The position numbers and the translations under genes are program-made. This document shows, piece by piece, positions 24,219 to 38,198 of a stretch of DNA of 64,000 nt. Origin of the DNA: Octopus vulgaris (lineage: Eukaryota); contig OX597831.1 of NCBI GenBank assembly GCA_951406725.2, forward strand, positions 55,366,001-55,430,000, written 5' to 3'. Below the pieces are notes generated by a model. That model was not told the DNA's origin. It did no database searches and worked only from the letters and a program-made list of their open reading frames with translations. Numbering within the stretch: the first letter of the stretch is position 1; every line of letters begins with the position of its first letter.

Positions 24219-25185
24219 GCCTGAAATTTTTGTGGGGAGGGGGCCAGTTGATTAGATCGACCCCAGTGCACAACTGGTACTTAATTTATCGACCTCGAAA
24301 GGATAAGTCGATCTCAGCAGAATTTGAACTCAGAACGTAAAGACAGACAGCCATAATATGCAAACATTTCTTATGGCACCAGTACACTGTTTACAGATGC
24401 TTACATTTTTTATGTTTTCCATGAAATTTTCATGGGTCCAGCTAGTTTATATAATTGTCAGTGGAAGGCAGAAAGCTGGCAGAATCATTAGCACATTGGG
24501 CAAAATGCTTACCAGCATTTTGTCTGTCTTTACATTCTGAGTTCAAATTCCACTGCGGTCAACTTTGCCTTTCACCCTTTCGGGATTGATAAAATAAGTA
24601 CCAGCTGAGTACTGGGGTTGATGTAATTGATTTGCCCCTTCCCCTGACATTTTTTTAATTATAAGGTGGCAAGCTAACAGAATCAATAACATGCCGGGAA
24701 AAATGCTTAAAGGCATTTTGTCCATCTTTATATTTTGAGTTCAAAATCAACCAAGGTCAACTTTGTCCTTCATCTTTTCAGGCTCGATAAAAGAAGTACC
24801 AGCTGACTTGCCCCGTCCCCCAAACCTGCTGGCCTTGTGCCAAAATTTGAAACCGATATGATTGTCAGCAAACAATGCAAGTTCAAAAATATGTCCAACA
24901 TATGATTTACTAAAGGATGGTTATAAACATTAGTGACAATGGTCTTGAAATCAAAAACTTTGAAGAACATCTACAGCAGTTCAGTAACCGTTTCTATGAT
25001 AGGTGCAAGGCCTGAAATTTTATGGCAAGGAGCTAGTAGATTATGTTGGCACTTATTTTTATCAACTCTGAAAGGATGAAAGGCGAGGTCAAACTTGGCA
25101 GAATTTGGACTCAATGTTAAGACAGATGAAATGCCGTTAAGCATTTTGCTTGGTGTGCTCATGATTCTGTCAACTCACCACCTTA
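24219..25185. mobile_element. Cluster of SINE family B copies in both orientations
   Basis: Minus 24219-24350, two tandem plus copies 24465-24860, minus 24990-25185. Confidence 0.75.
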
Positions 25186-25654
25186 CAACAGTTCAATGAT
25201 AGCTCAGATTTTTTGGCAGTTGTTTCTTGAATAGACACATCTGCACACACACACACACATCCCATCTTAGTTTTAGAATAGTTACTGTGTCTCAGAATAG
25301 TTGCTGTGTCCCTATATTTCGCAAAAGGGTTGGCAATAGGAAGAGCATCCACCTGTAAAACACTGCTCTAGAAAACCTGTCTAATCCATGCTAGGACAAA
25401 AAAGCAAATGTAAAATGATAATGATGATGATATACACTCACACAAAGTATCTGAAATATCTGGGTTGTGTGTGTAATGTGTATCATGTATTATCTGTGAC
25501 AAAAAACAAGGAAGCAGAAGGATGACATAAAAGGAAAAATTTCTTTTAAGTGTAATATGGTATGCAAAAATGATTGATTAAACAAAAATTCCCAATTTTA
25601 TGGAATAGGTGTGGTTGTATGCTTGAAAAGCTTGATACATACATACATATATAT

Positions 25655-26410
25655 CATCATTTAACATCCGTTTTCCATGCTGGCATGGGTTGGACAGCTT
25701 AACAGGAGCTTGCAAGCCAGAGGACTGTGCCAAGCTTTACTGTCTGTTTTGGCATGGTTTTTATAGCTGGATGTCCTTCCTAATGTCAATTACTTTTCAG
25801 AGTTAACATGTTTTTTACATGTCACCAGCACTGGTGAGGTCTGTTTTGGCATGGTTTTTATGGCTGGATACTCTTTTTAACTATTGCCAATCACTTTGAC
25901 CGAGTAGATTTGGTGCTTTTCACATGGCATCAGTGCTAACAAAGTCTGTTTTGGCATGGTTTTTATGGCTTTATGCCATTTCTCCAAGTCCTTCTAGTTC
26001 TAATTTTGAAGTCACCATCTAGTAATCTATGTACATTTTTCACCTGGGAAAGACTTTGCATTTGTGAGGATTTTAAAAACTTGCTGGTAATCAGTCTGAC
26101 ATTATGTGCTCACCACTGATAGGTGATCAGGTGGCTGGCTGGTTTCCTGAAGTTAGTGTTGCAGATAACGAGATCATTTGCATCACAGAACTCCAGCAGC
26201 CTTGTTCTCTCTTCATTTCTATAGCCAGTGCCATAACCTCCATGCACACCATGAAATCCATGGAGATGCTGCCCAGCATTTCCATTGAAGTCACCAGCCA
26301 CAATAACCAAGTCTGTCATTTGTCATTGAGGTAGTTTACAAAAGAACCTCATAACGTTGGTCCTTCTGGTCATCAGCCAGCCCAGATTATGGATCATAAA
26401 CTGAGATAAA
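25655..26410 (-). mobile_element. RTE fragments (3-prime tail and APE endonuclease)
   Basis: VIVAGDFNG..GTGYRNEERTRLLEFCDANDLVICNTNFRKPASHLITY. Confidence 0.85.
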
Positions 26411-27699
26411 TGTAACTGTTAATGTATCTAAGACTAGCAATGCCCCCCAGCATTGCCTAGGTGTTATGACCTTCAGTCACATTGTTTTGTTCCTTTCTTA
26501 TGAGCAGAATTGGCACAGGAGGAGTATGAAGCAAACCACTCTTCATTATAAACATGTTTTATGGTCACTTTCTGATGAACAATGCTGCAGTTTCCATCTA
26601 CCAAATTCAGTCACAAGTTAATGGTTGGCCTAGGGTTATAATAGAAAACACTTGCCCAAGGTACCATACAGAGGGACTGAACAGGGAACCATATGGTTGG
26701 GAAGCAAACTTCTGAAGCACACAGTCATTTTTGTGCCTAAAATATGTTTGTGTGTGTTGTTACATTTGTTGTTAAATCAAGTATTGTGTCCCACTCTGTC
26801 TCAAAGCTTATCAAGCAGAGATATATAAAATAAATGTCAAATTGAAATACGTAATGAGGTCAATATGATCAGTTAAATTTTTGAAAGTGATATCCCATCA
26901 TGACGACAGTCATACGATTAAACCCAGTAAAATAATGTCTAAAGACTTAGTGGCTTCAAATTTAAGGTAATGGATTACTAACCTCCAGGTAAATAGTTCA
27001 AAACTTTGTATTGAACCTCCACTCTTTACGATAACAGTATATATACATCACAGTCTACTTGACTTCCAGCAATTAACAATTGTAATTTGAAGTTGAATGG
27101 TTAGCAGTAGGAAAGATGTCCAGATTTCTTTAAAAATTTATTGTGCAAAATATTCTGAGAAAAAGTATTTTTTTCACCACAACAAAACATGTGCGTGTGC
27201 GTGCATACGCGCACACACACACACAGGTATGTCTGGTAACTTGAGCTACTACAAATATCTGCCACATCTCTCTTAAAGCACATCCTTTCATCAAAAGAAA
27301 GACACAGATTTGCAGTATTTCAGGAAGAAAAAAAAAACTATGCACTGAGTCTGCTACATCAGAGGCAACTCTGGACTAAACAAAATACAAACATACTTCA
27401 CATTAAAAGATTATCTACTAAATAATCCTAATGAAATTTATGGTATTTCTTTGAAGTTACATTTCCTGGTAAAACTCCACATAGATTGTTCAAGCAGAAT
27501 TGCCTTCCTTAGCTAAAGACCTCAAAAATTTGTACCCCAATCTCATTTTCGAGGTTATTTTTGTAGTAAAAAAGCATTGTTGTTTTAAAAAAAAAACATA
27601 CTTTATTTGGTAGCTGAAAGATTACTGAATCTTTTGATACCTCATATGTCAAAATTGGCAACTCAGATTTCCTCCTTCCATACTGGCACACACACACAT

Positions 27700-28045
27700 A
27701 CATTTCTGAGACCCCTTCGGTCATGACACAGACCATGGGATTGCACCTAAAATGTTACCCTCCCAGGTACAAGTCCGGGCAAGGTTTTTTATGGAAGGCC
27801 AGCAGTCGCCCATGCATACCATCCTCCCCTCTCCATGCCACCAGTGTCATCCAAGGGAAAGACAAAGGCTGATACAGCTTGGCACCTGTGGTGTCGCAAC
27901 TCATTTTGACAGCTGAGTTAACTGGAGCAACGTGAAATAAAGTGTCTTGCTCAAGAACACAACATGCAGCCAGGTCTGGGATTCGAGCTCACAACCTCAC
28001 GATCGTAAGCTTGACACTCTAACCACTGAGCCATGCGCCTTCACC
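27700..28045 (-). mobile_element. tRNA-derived SINE, family C
   Basis: Minus strand starts gaaggcgcatggctcagtggttagag; core cttgagcaagacactttatttcacgttgctccag; relatives at 30052, 37345, 53415, 59692. Confidence 0.8.
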
Positions 28046-28239
28046 CATTTATATATATACATTTATATACATATATATATATATATATATACACATTTAT
28101 ATATATACATACATTCGAACAACTGTCAGTCAGCATATTTATATAAACCTTTATGTAGTAAGAAAGGCTCTTTAACTATACATATCCTCAGCAAGATGTT
28201 GATGGGAGAGAGGAAATGTAAACAGGCTGGAAGATGTTT

Positions 28240-28870
28240 CACACTGCTAGCCACAATGTGCTTCCAGTTTTGTCTTGATTGCATTGTTTTTTTTCCATCT
28301 TTGACCCAAATTGCTTCACCAAATCATCATGGAGGTTTTCCTAGTGGCCTTTTCCAATCTCTTGGATACCACTTGGCCACTGCACAGACCCGCTTGTTGT
28401 CTCTGAACCTTGTGACATGTCCAGCCCCAGCAGAACTTGTGCTTTTGGTACTCTTTGATCACATTGTTTGCTTCATTCCATTCTCTAATTATCTCATTTC
28501 AAATGTCCTCTCTTAATGATCTTCCTAGCAAGAATCTTTCCAAGGCCCTTTGTATCATAGCCAATAGATGTTCAGTCCTCTTCATAGTAGTCCATGTCTC
28601 ACTTGCATATAGGAGCATAGGTAGGGCAGTGCTATTGAAGAGTCTGGCATGTATGGCATTGTTTAGTTCTGTTTGGAACACATACTTTATTGAGTTAAAT
28701 GCCTTCCATCCTACCCTTATTCTCTTTGAGATTTCAGTATCCATAGCTCAGCTCATATTCACTGAGTACCTTACATAGATGTACTCCTTCACTGCCTTGA
28801 TTTCATCACTTCCCACCTCTGTTTGCCCTTGCATTACATTTTCCAATCACATATATTTTGTTTTCATATA
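28240..28870 (-). mobile_element. RTE-clade LINE RT C-terminal fragment, second family
   Basis: EISKRIRVGWKAF..RLFNSTALPMLLYASETW..QRALERFLLG. Confidence 0.85.
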
Positions 28871-29549
28871 GAACCCCCTACCTTATATACATATGAGGTA
28901 GTATTAAAAAAAAAAAAACCCCAAAAAAACCAGATTAGTTCTGTAGCACACCAACAGGTGGCAGCACATGGTTGTTTGTGCAGTGAGAGCTAGCAGTGAC
29001 CTTTATGAGGCAGTGTGCCGAGTGACATCAGTGTTTTTATTTCACAAGTTGTGAAATTTGTGTTTTTTATGATCACTCGTATGCTGTAGTCTGCTGTTCC
29101 TTTTCAGACCTACAACTAAGCTCTGAGCATTCGGCTCTGTCTGTATTGTCTGCAGCTGGCTTGCAGTTTCAGCAATTCAAAGATGTGTCAAATGATGACC
29201 TGAAAAGATAAATGTAAAGCAATACACAAATGTGTATAGTTTCAACTGCCTTGCCTGCTATTTCTTCCATATAGCTATCAGTTTTCTAGTAAGATAATAT
29301 ATTTAATTAGTCTCTCAAATACCTTTCCACTTCTGCTTACGCTCGTTATATTTCTGCTACCTGAAAGGCTGCACTTAAGTCTTATTTTATTCAATAACAG
29401 GCTCAGTGCAGCCTTTTCATAACTTGTCTAATGACTTTTTATATTGTAAGCTGGTTATTATAACTGCAAAGCTTAAAAATTGTGTTATTGTATATTCTGC
29501 AGAATGGAAACAACATAGTCAAGTTTATACACCCTTTCATAAGTTCAAA

Positions 29550-29790
29550 TCTTTCTTTCTTTTTCCTTTTTCTCCCCCTCTCCCTGTCCCACACTTCCTA
29601 CTTACCTACCTTCCTACATATCTTCCTTCCCGCCTACCTTTCTTCTTGTCTACCTACCTTCCTTCCCTCTCTTTTTTCTTTCTTTCTTCCTTCCTCCCTC
29701 CCTCCCTCCTTTTCTTTCTTCCTCCTTTTCTTTCTTCTCTTCTCCATTCCTTCCCTCCTTCCTTCCCATTTCAATCAGTCAGTCAGTCTG
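29550..29790. repeat. Polypyrimidine low-complexity tract (CCTT/CTTT)
   Basis: Directly visible. Confidence 0.9.
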
Positions 29791-30674
29791 CCACACAGTT
29801 GCACCATCTGCTTTTCCACGCTTGCATGGGTCAGACAGGGTTTTGTCATGGTATATTTTTTATGCATCTAGATCCCCTTCCTTTCGCCAAACCACTTGAT
29901 TTCAAGCAATGTTATATTTCTCCATAGCCAGATGACTTCTTACATGAGATTAAAAGCAAAGGGGACCACTTGTATGACCATCATTCCATGCTAAAACAAG
30001 AGGTCACAAACAGGCATGTGCACACATCAAGATATCTGTATATCTGTCTGTGGAGGCGCATGGCTTAGTGGTTAGGATGTTTGATTCATGATCATAAGAT
30101 CATAGTTTCAATTCCTAGACTGGTGGTTCATTGTGTCCTTGAGCAAAACTCTTCATTTCACATTGCTTCAGTCCACTTAGCTGGCAAAAATGAGTAATCC
30201 TGTAATGGACTGGCATCCTGTCCAGGTGGGAAACAGGGAGATTGGCCCTTATGAGTTGGCATGTCTCGAGAAGGTAACTAACTAATGACTACATTTGTTT
30301 GTGGAGGGAACCTGTGGAAGAAGTAGACTCAGGTAGACATGGGACAAGGTGGTGAGACATGATCTTCGATTGTTGGGTCTTACAGAGGTGATGGCAAATG
30401 ACCGCGACCTTTGCTGATTTGCTGTCCTTGTGAAGACTTGTCAAGCCAAGTGAAATCGTAGTTGTGGTCAGTGCTGTTGACCCGTAAAAGGCACCCACTA
30501 CACTCTTGGAGTGGTTGGCATTAGGAAAAGCATCCAGTTGTAGAATCCAAGCCAAATCAGACTGGATCCTGATGCTCTCTGGCTTACCAGTTCTGATCAA
30601 ACTGTCTAACCCATGCCAGCATGGAAAATGGACACTAAATGATGATGATGCACATACATACATACATACATACA

Positions 30675-30705
<31 letters not shown>

Positions 30706-30883
30706 TGATGGTCTCTTTTCAGTTTCCATCTAACAAATCCACTTGTGGATCTTTTGTCAACCTGGGGCTGTAGTAGAAGACATTTGCCTAGTGTGCCACA
30801 TACTGCGATTAAACCTGAAACCATGTGGCTAGGAAGCAAACTTCTTTGCCACACAGCCATATATATATATATATATATATATA

Positions 30884-31260
30884 TTCTTTTACTTGTTTCA
30901 GTCATTTGACTGAGGCCTTGCTGGAGCATCACCTTTAGTTGAACAAATCAACCTCAGGACTTATTCTTTGTAAGCCTAGAACTTATTCTATCAGTCTTTT
31001 TTGCTGATCCACTAGGTTACAGGGACATAAACACACCAACGTCGGTTGTCAAGCGATGGCGGGGGACAAACACAGACATACAAACATGTACATGTAAATA
31101 CAACAGGCTTCTTTCAGTTTCTGTCTACCAAATTCACTCACAAGGCTTTGGTTGGCCTGAGGCTATAGTAGAAGACGCTTGCCCAAGGTGCCATGCAGTG
31201 GAACTAAACCTGGAACTATGTGGTTAGTAGGCAAGCTACTTACCACACAGCCACTCCTGT
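30884..31260 (-). mobile_element. SINE family A
   Basis: Near full-length reverse complement of the 7261 and 61104 copies. Confidence 0.88.
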
Positions 31261-31261
31261 G

Positions 31262-31305
<44 letters not shown>

Positions 31306-31381
31306 GGAGTAAACACATAAATGTGAAACAAGGTGGAAAAAAGAGTACTCAAATACCAGTGGTAGAGTAATATGCTTTATT

Positions 31382-31503
31382 TAAAGCAGCAGAAAATTCA
31401 ACAAAACCTGTTACTCTGAGTTTCCCGTTGCCGTTCATCGGACAGTTTTTACGGCAACAGGAAACTCAGAGTAACAGGTTTTGTTGAATTTTCTGCTGCT
31501 TTA
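31382..31503. repeat. 53-bp inverted repeat with 16-nt loop, between (TA)n tracts
   Basis: 31382-31434 versus 31451-31503, one mismatch. Confidence 0.93.
31403..31450 (-). ncRNA. Type I minimal hammerhead-ribozyme-like motif
   Basis: AAAAACTGT-CCGATGA-ACG(GCAA)CGG-GAAACTCAGAGTA^ACAGGTTTT: stem I CTGT/ACAG, near-palindromic stem III, GUA site; U4C variant and weak stem II. Confidence 0.6.
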
Positions 31504-33520
31504 TATAAAGTATATATATATATATATATATATATAAAATCATTGATTCAACAGACTTACATTACAGACATTGCATGGATTTACATTACAGACAAATACT
31601 TAACATTGGTAGGAAGAGATGTTGTTCATGACATCTACATGACATTCCAATTTGGGGAATATTAAATGGGTCTAGTGACTAACCAATATAAACACTGCAT
31701 TCACTTGAGAAGCCTTGTGCAGCTGTTGCAACAACTGAATTTTTAAATGAGTTAGGCTGTTGATAATTAATGCGTGTTGGCATTAAATCTCATTATTAAA
31801 AATAGCTTGGCACACCCTGTACACCTCTGCCCTATGCACAGAGTTTTGCAGTCGGACTGCTCTGTGAGAATGTTGGTGCTTTCTTATTTCTTTGCACACA
31901 CACACACTCACACAAACACATGCACATATACATCCATATTGTTATTTTGGAATTGATGTGGTACTGTTATTTAATCAACATTTAGTTTGGCATTAGATCT
32001 GATGCTTTAAGGTGTAACCCACAGAAATTTATCTTTACTTTTGGTGTATCGTTTATAATTGCGTACTGCTCACTGTATCTATTTACACCTGTGTCTGCAT
32101 GTATCTCTCAGCTCTGTATATTATTAGATGAGCACTGTCTAATAATCAGTTATACACCTCCTTACCCTCCCATTTAGAGTTAATGGTAAAATTAAGACTA
32201 GTATTGTCATTTGCATAACTCTCACATTTATGCGTGTCTGCCCACACAGATTTTTAACTAACTAAATTTTATTTTAAATGTGATGGTTTGTAAATATATT
32301 CTTCGTTATCATCAACATCATCCTTTAAAGCCTGTTTTCCATGAGCTGGATGGTTTGAACAAAGTTGGCAAGCTGGAGTGCTGCACCAGGTTCCAGTCTG
32401 ATTTAGCTTGGTTTCTATAGCTTGCCCAACCACTTTGCAGTGTGTCCTGGATGCTTTTAATATGTCACTGGCAACGGTTGCCTTTACGTGGCACCAGCAC
32501 GAGTTCTTTTTATGTGGGATTGGCATTGGACTCTTGCAGGCCAATCCTCTTTACCAGGGGATGCAGCCTTAACACTTCTAATGTGGAGGATGGGTCTTCT
32601 TGAGTACAGCAAGGCACCAGGTATCTTGGTCCTTTAGGAGTTCACAATATTAGGCAGGATGCCTGAAAAGACAAGAATGGCCACACTAATGTTAATTTGA
32701 ATTTTCATATTTTATTAATCTGCATTATTTATAGTTCAAGCTACAGCTATCCTAAATTTCCTTTTCTATCATATTATATTCATGGATACATTATCAAATT
32801 TATTTATTCATTTTTAAGATGATAATGTAGTATTCATACTTCAGCTCTTGTGTTCTTGTCAACTATCATTACCACTGCTACTACTTATTGAAGTATACTA
32901 TTTATAAGAATAATTTATTCCTTTTTTTCCTTGGTGGAGAGAGTTGAAAGCATTTAATAAGTTTATAGACTCTGTAGATTTCTGTCCAACTCTCCAAAGG
33001 TAGACAAATTTTTTCCCTTGGACAGTTGCATACATAAGTGACGATCACTTTAAAGTGGATGGAAGTTGTGGAAGACAAGGGACAAAGTATTGAAGGCCAA
33101 TCTCAAGACACTGAACCTTATGAAGGAGATGACTAAAGACTGAGATATCTGGTGTCTTGCTGTACTCAAGAAGACTTGTCCACCACAGTAGAATTGATGT
33201 CAGTGCTGGTGCCACTTAAAAAGTACCCAGTACACTCTGTGGAGTGGTTGGCATTAGGAAGAGCATCCAGCTGTAGAAACCAATCCTGAATAGACAATGG
33301 AGCCTGGTGCTGCCCCTGGACAAACTGTCCAACCCATGCTACCATGGTAAACAGAACTTAAATGATGATGACGATGATGACATTTTGGTTTCTTTCTAAG
33401 ACCATTTCAAGTTTTGACTGTATGTTGTTCAGCAACAATTTGTTGTTGGTTTATTGCTGCTCTCACTGTTGCTGATGTTTTTGAAGAGATGTATGTGATT
33501 TGCAGGACATTGCTGAGGAG

Positions 33521-34596
33521 TTAACCCTTTCGTTACCAAACCGCCCAAAGCCGCCTGAAAAAAATTTTGGTTAATGTGACCAAGCCGCCCGTATTTACCT
33601 ATTCATATTTAAATGAGAATATCAGAGCAAATCTCTTTAGTACATTCGTGAAAACACGTGATTATACTTCGTAAACAGTTCATCTACAGTTTTGTACAAC
33701 GATCGAAGTGTAATTTTAATTCCGTGAATTTTGGGAGATTTTTCCCGAAATTTGTTCCTATTGTGTTTTCAAAATTTGTAATTCTGACAAAAAAATGGAT
33801 ATGAATTTCATTATATCAAGCAGCGAGTCAGAATTCGAAGGATTTTCTTCTGAAGACCTTGATAAATCTAACTCGATGACTGAAAAAAAAAATGCACGTG
33901 GTATTTGATAATGAATCCGATGTTTCATTTTCCGAAAATGAATCCGAGAGCTCCGACAGCGATAAAGAAAATGAATTGGCACCTGAATGGAATGAAAATT
34001 TAAAAACTGTTTCTTTCAGTGATTTTTCTGAAGAAACTGGACCAAGCCACAGACTTTCCCAGAAGAGTAAAGCCTTAGACTATTTCTTTTTACTTTTTCG
34101 AATGAGCCTATTTGAAATCATTACGGCGGAAACGAACCGTTACGCTAAATGTAAACAAAGCGAAAGAAAGGATAGTTTGTTGTTTCCCACAACCTTAAAT
34201 GAAATTAAGGCCTATTTTGCCATAAATATTATTATGGGTATCAGAAAGTTACCCAGAATAACAAATTCTATCGTAAAATTTTGTTGTATACCCAATTGAA
34301 TATTAGCTAATAACCCATTTTCTATAGCGATGTTTGAACAAAATTTTAATAATTTTATATTTTGTTGAATTTACCTGTATCTACCTGCAATTAGAGTCAC
34401 TTTGTGACAAAAATTATAGTATAGAATTGGTTGAGAACATTTCATTAAATTATCTTCCAAAAATCAGATTAATATATTGATAAATAAAAAAGTTATAGTT
34501 GTTTAATGAAACCAGACTAAATTTATGATTATGTTAGAAATTAATTGAAACACATAAGGAGTATTTTGATCAGAAATATAGTAACGAAAGGGTTAA
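33521..34596 (+). mobile_element. Non-autonomous piggyBac element with transposase N-terminal remnant
   Basis: TTAA target duplication; 12-bp TIR CCCTTTCGTTAC / GTAACGAAAGGG; ORF 33892-34299 acidic N-terminus then YFFLLF..IITAETNRYA..TTLNEIKAYFAINIIMGIRKLP. Confidence 0.93.
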
Positions 34597-35442
34597 GTAA
34601 TAAGTCATATGTGATGTACTTGGGTCAGTTGTCTAGTAAAGGCCTTTTAATGCTATATAGTGTCATAGTAGATGGCATGTGTGAATTTAGCAAATCTAAA
34701 CTTTATGAGGAAGATCTGGTTGTCAAAGCATAAGTCCTTTTCATTGGTTCATTAGAATATCTTAAATTAGATTAGATGTATTGTTCTAGATAAGAGCACA
34801 GCACACTGTCTTAGATTTCATAGTCAAAATTAGCTTGAGGTTAAGATATGTATAGTCTGCAGAGAAAAAAAAAGTCAAGTCTTGAGGTGATTTTAGTCAT
34901 ACTGAAAATTTGAGGTTAAACAATTTGTTTGGCAGTTGTTGTTGGTGCTAATAGTGGGTATGTTGTTTGATTTAAAAGAAAGCAGAAAGGAGATTGGTTG
35001 CTATCAGGTCTCCATAGAAACTTGAAGTGAGGTGGGGGTTCACTTTTGTTAAATTAAGGAGATTTCATTTCAAGTGTATTTAAAAATGAATTTCATTTTT
35101 TTGTCATTCATTCATTCATACCAAATCATATCTATTTTGAATTTATTATAAATATAGATACTGGATATGTCAGTCTCACATAAACACACATTACTGTAAG
35201 TAAATAGTTGAGTTTATAACCTCAGTATTCTGTTAACCCAGTTCTCTCTCTCTGTCTCTCTCCCCACATATGTATTTGTGTGTGTTTAAAATGTATGTAT
35301 GTATACATATCACAGGTGAATTGGTAGAAAATTAGAATGTCAGATAAAATGTCATATGGTATTCATTTCAACCTTCTGCACTTAAAGTTCAGATCCTACC
35401 TAATTTAACTTTGCCTTCAGAGTCAGTAGATATAGTATTAGT

Positions 35443-35578
<136 letters not shown>

Positions 35579-35702
35579 AAAGAAGAAGAAGAATTAGACT
35601 AACAAAGGAATGGGTCCCAAAAAGTTTAGATATCTAATACACCCTGTCTGTCTTGACAAGTGCTATCTTAAGGTAGGTTCTCTGAGTACTGCACCAACCC
35701 AT

Positions 35703-37340
35703 TATCATCATCATCGTTATTGTCTTTTAATGTCCATTCTCCATGCTGGCAACGGTTGGATGGTTTGACAGGAGTTGGCTAGCTGGATGGCTGCCAAGGC
35801 TCCATTTTACTGTTTTGGCATGCTTTCTACAGCTGGATACCCTTCCTAACTCCAATCACTTTACAGAGTACTGGGTGCTTTTATGTGGTACTGGCCCAGG
35901 CACTTTTTCATGGCACCAGCACCCATAAGTCCACAAGACTAGGTTCTCTTGGCTGAGAGAGGGATGTAGAAGGCATTTCTTCTACACCCTTCTCTCAGCT
36001 ATGCATGGATAGCCATGATTTACTTAGCTTGCGTGTCGTCCCTAGCAAACAACCAGAAGTCTCAGTCCCTTGTCACCTCTTCTTTGAGGCCCAACATCTG
36101 AAAATCCTTTCTCACCACTTTATCTCACATCATCCTGGGTCTGCCCTTTCCACATGTTCCCTTCACAATTAGAGATTAATGCAGTTGTCTTCATCCATAT
36201 GCATCACATGACCATACTACACAGTCTTCTCTCTTGAACACTACATCTGATGCCTTGTATACCTAGTTTTTCTCTCAAATCACTCTCACTCTATCTTACA
36301 CACACTGACATTACCTGTCCAGTGGAGCATGCTGACTTAATTTCTTTCAAGCCTTCATACATCATCTAGCCACAGCCCATGCCTCACTGCCATGTAGCAT
36401 AGCTGTTTGTACACAGGCATCATAAATCTGCCTTTCATTCTGTGGGAGAGACCCTTTGTTACCAACAAAAGTAAAAGCTCTCTGAACTTTGCCCAGCCTG
36501 TTCTTATTTTAGCAGCTACACTTTTAGAACTACCACCTCCACTGCTAACTTGGTTGCCTAGGTAATGGAAACTGTCTACCACTTCTGAGGATTCTCCTGA
36601 ACATTCGAAGGAGTCCATTTTCGGTACATTCCTGGTGTTTAATGTACCTGCACATCTGCCACATATAAGACCACATTCTCTGTTAAATTTCTTGAGGTAC
36701 CACTGCATTTCATAAGTGTCAATAGTTTGTACCTGGTGCACCATATGGAGTTTTTACTAACACCTTTTCTACATCAAGCAGGACCATCTTCCTGAAGGTA
36801 TCAGTGATTTGCCTGGTTTCCTATTTACTAGGATTTTGGGCTTTGCTAAATTAATTCTAAGACCCTTTGATCTCAGACCTTGCTTCCACACCTGAAATTT
36901 CTTATCTAGTTCTGATAGTGATTCAACAATAAGAACCAAATTATCAGCATAGAGGAGTTCTCAAGTCAGCCTGCCTTAAATTCTTCTGTTATGGTCTGGA
37001 GTACTATGATAAACAAGAGTTGGCTGAGAATAGATTCCTGGTGAACTCCTACCTGTACACTAAATTCCTTGCTATACTCATTACCGACTTTCACCTTACT
37101 GACTGCATCCCGGTACATGGTTTGTACAGCCCTCACCAACCACTCATCTATCCATATCTCTTACATTGCCCACAAAATAAGGGAGCAGAGCACCCTGTCA
37201 AAAGCTTTCTTCATATCAACAAAACCCAAATACAGGGGTTTGTTTTTGGCCAAGTGGTTTTTCTGTAGCTGCCTTACTAGAAAGATAGCATCAGCAGTGC
37301 TTCTTCTTGGCACAAAACTCAACTGCATCTCATCTTGGAT
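35703..37340 (-). mobile_element. Decayed RTE LINE
   Basis: Homologous to 17511-19049 (VVDSFHYLG, WAKFRELL, ELLYADN). Confidence 0.88.
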
Positions 37341-37957
37341 AGCACATGAAAAAAACTGGCGCTGTCTCAGTTATGATGCTGCGGGTTCCAGTTGATCCGA
37401 TCAACAGATCAACCTGCTTGTGCTATTAACGTGCAAGTGGCTGAGCACTTCACAGACATGCATACCCTTAACATAGTTCCCAGAGAGATACTACATCACA
37501 CAGAGAGTGACTGGGCTGGCCTTTTGAAATGCAGATACTACTCATTTTTGCCAGCTGGGTGAACTGGAGCAATGTGAAATAAAGTATCTTGCCCAAGGAT
37601 ACAATCAGCCACCAGAAATCAAACTCACAACCTTATGATCATTGAGATGAACACCCTAGCCACTAAGCCATGCACCTTCAGGAAGCATATATCTTCTACT
37701 TATGTGGAAATCTGTGGGTGTGTTTGTTTGTGGCATTGCTATCTAACTTCACAATTTGGGTATTCATAACTTATTGGGAATTCCTAAAAATAAGATCCTG
37801 TGTAAGACAGTTCGGTATTCTCAATAAAAGCACAAAAACTGTTTTATGGGCTACATACTTTGTATTGTTGTTACTGGATTATCAAAACAATTATGAGAAC
37901 GGAACCAAGAGATAAGCCCCGCTTTCCCAGGAATTACTGGGTGCGTCATCTAGTGTG

Positions 37958-37999
<42 letters not shown>

Positions 38000-38198
38000 A
38001 AATAAGAAAATGGAGAAATACATCTAAATCGATTATCAACTACCAGATAATACCCAATCACATAATTTATTAAACCACTACATATGAACATTAAGGTCAA
38101 ACATAATAATATAGAACAAAACAGTGTACATGAAGGAGTAATATGGTACAATAAGTACAGTATATATAAGAGAACATAAAAATATAAATATAAACTAC

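Noticed and set aside
26572-26600. CTGATGA as a sense-strand hammerhead
   Set aside because: No stem II or GAAA follows; it abuts a SINE fragment.
33892-34299. Domesticated PGBD gene
   Set aside because: The catalytic DDD region is deleted, and the ORF lies inside TIRs with a TTAA duplication.
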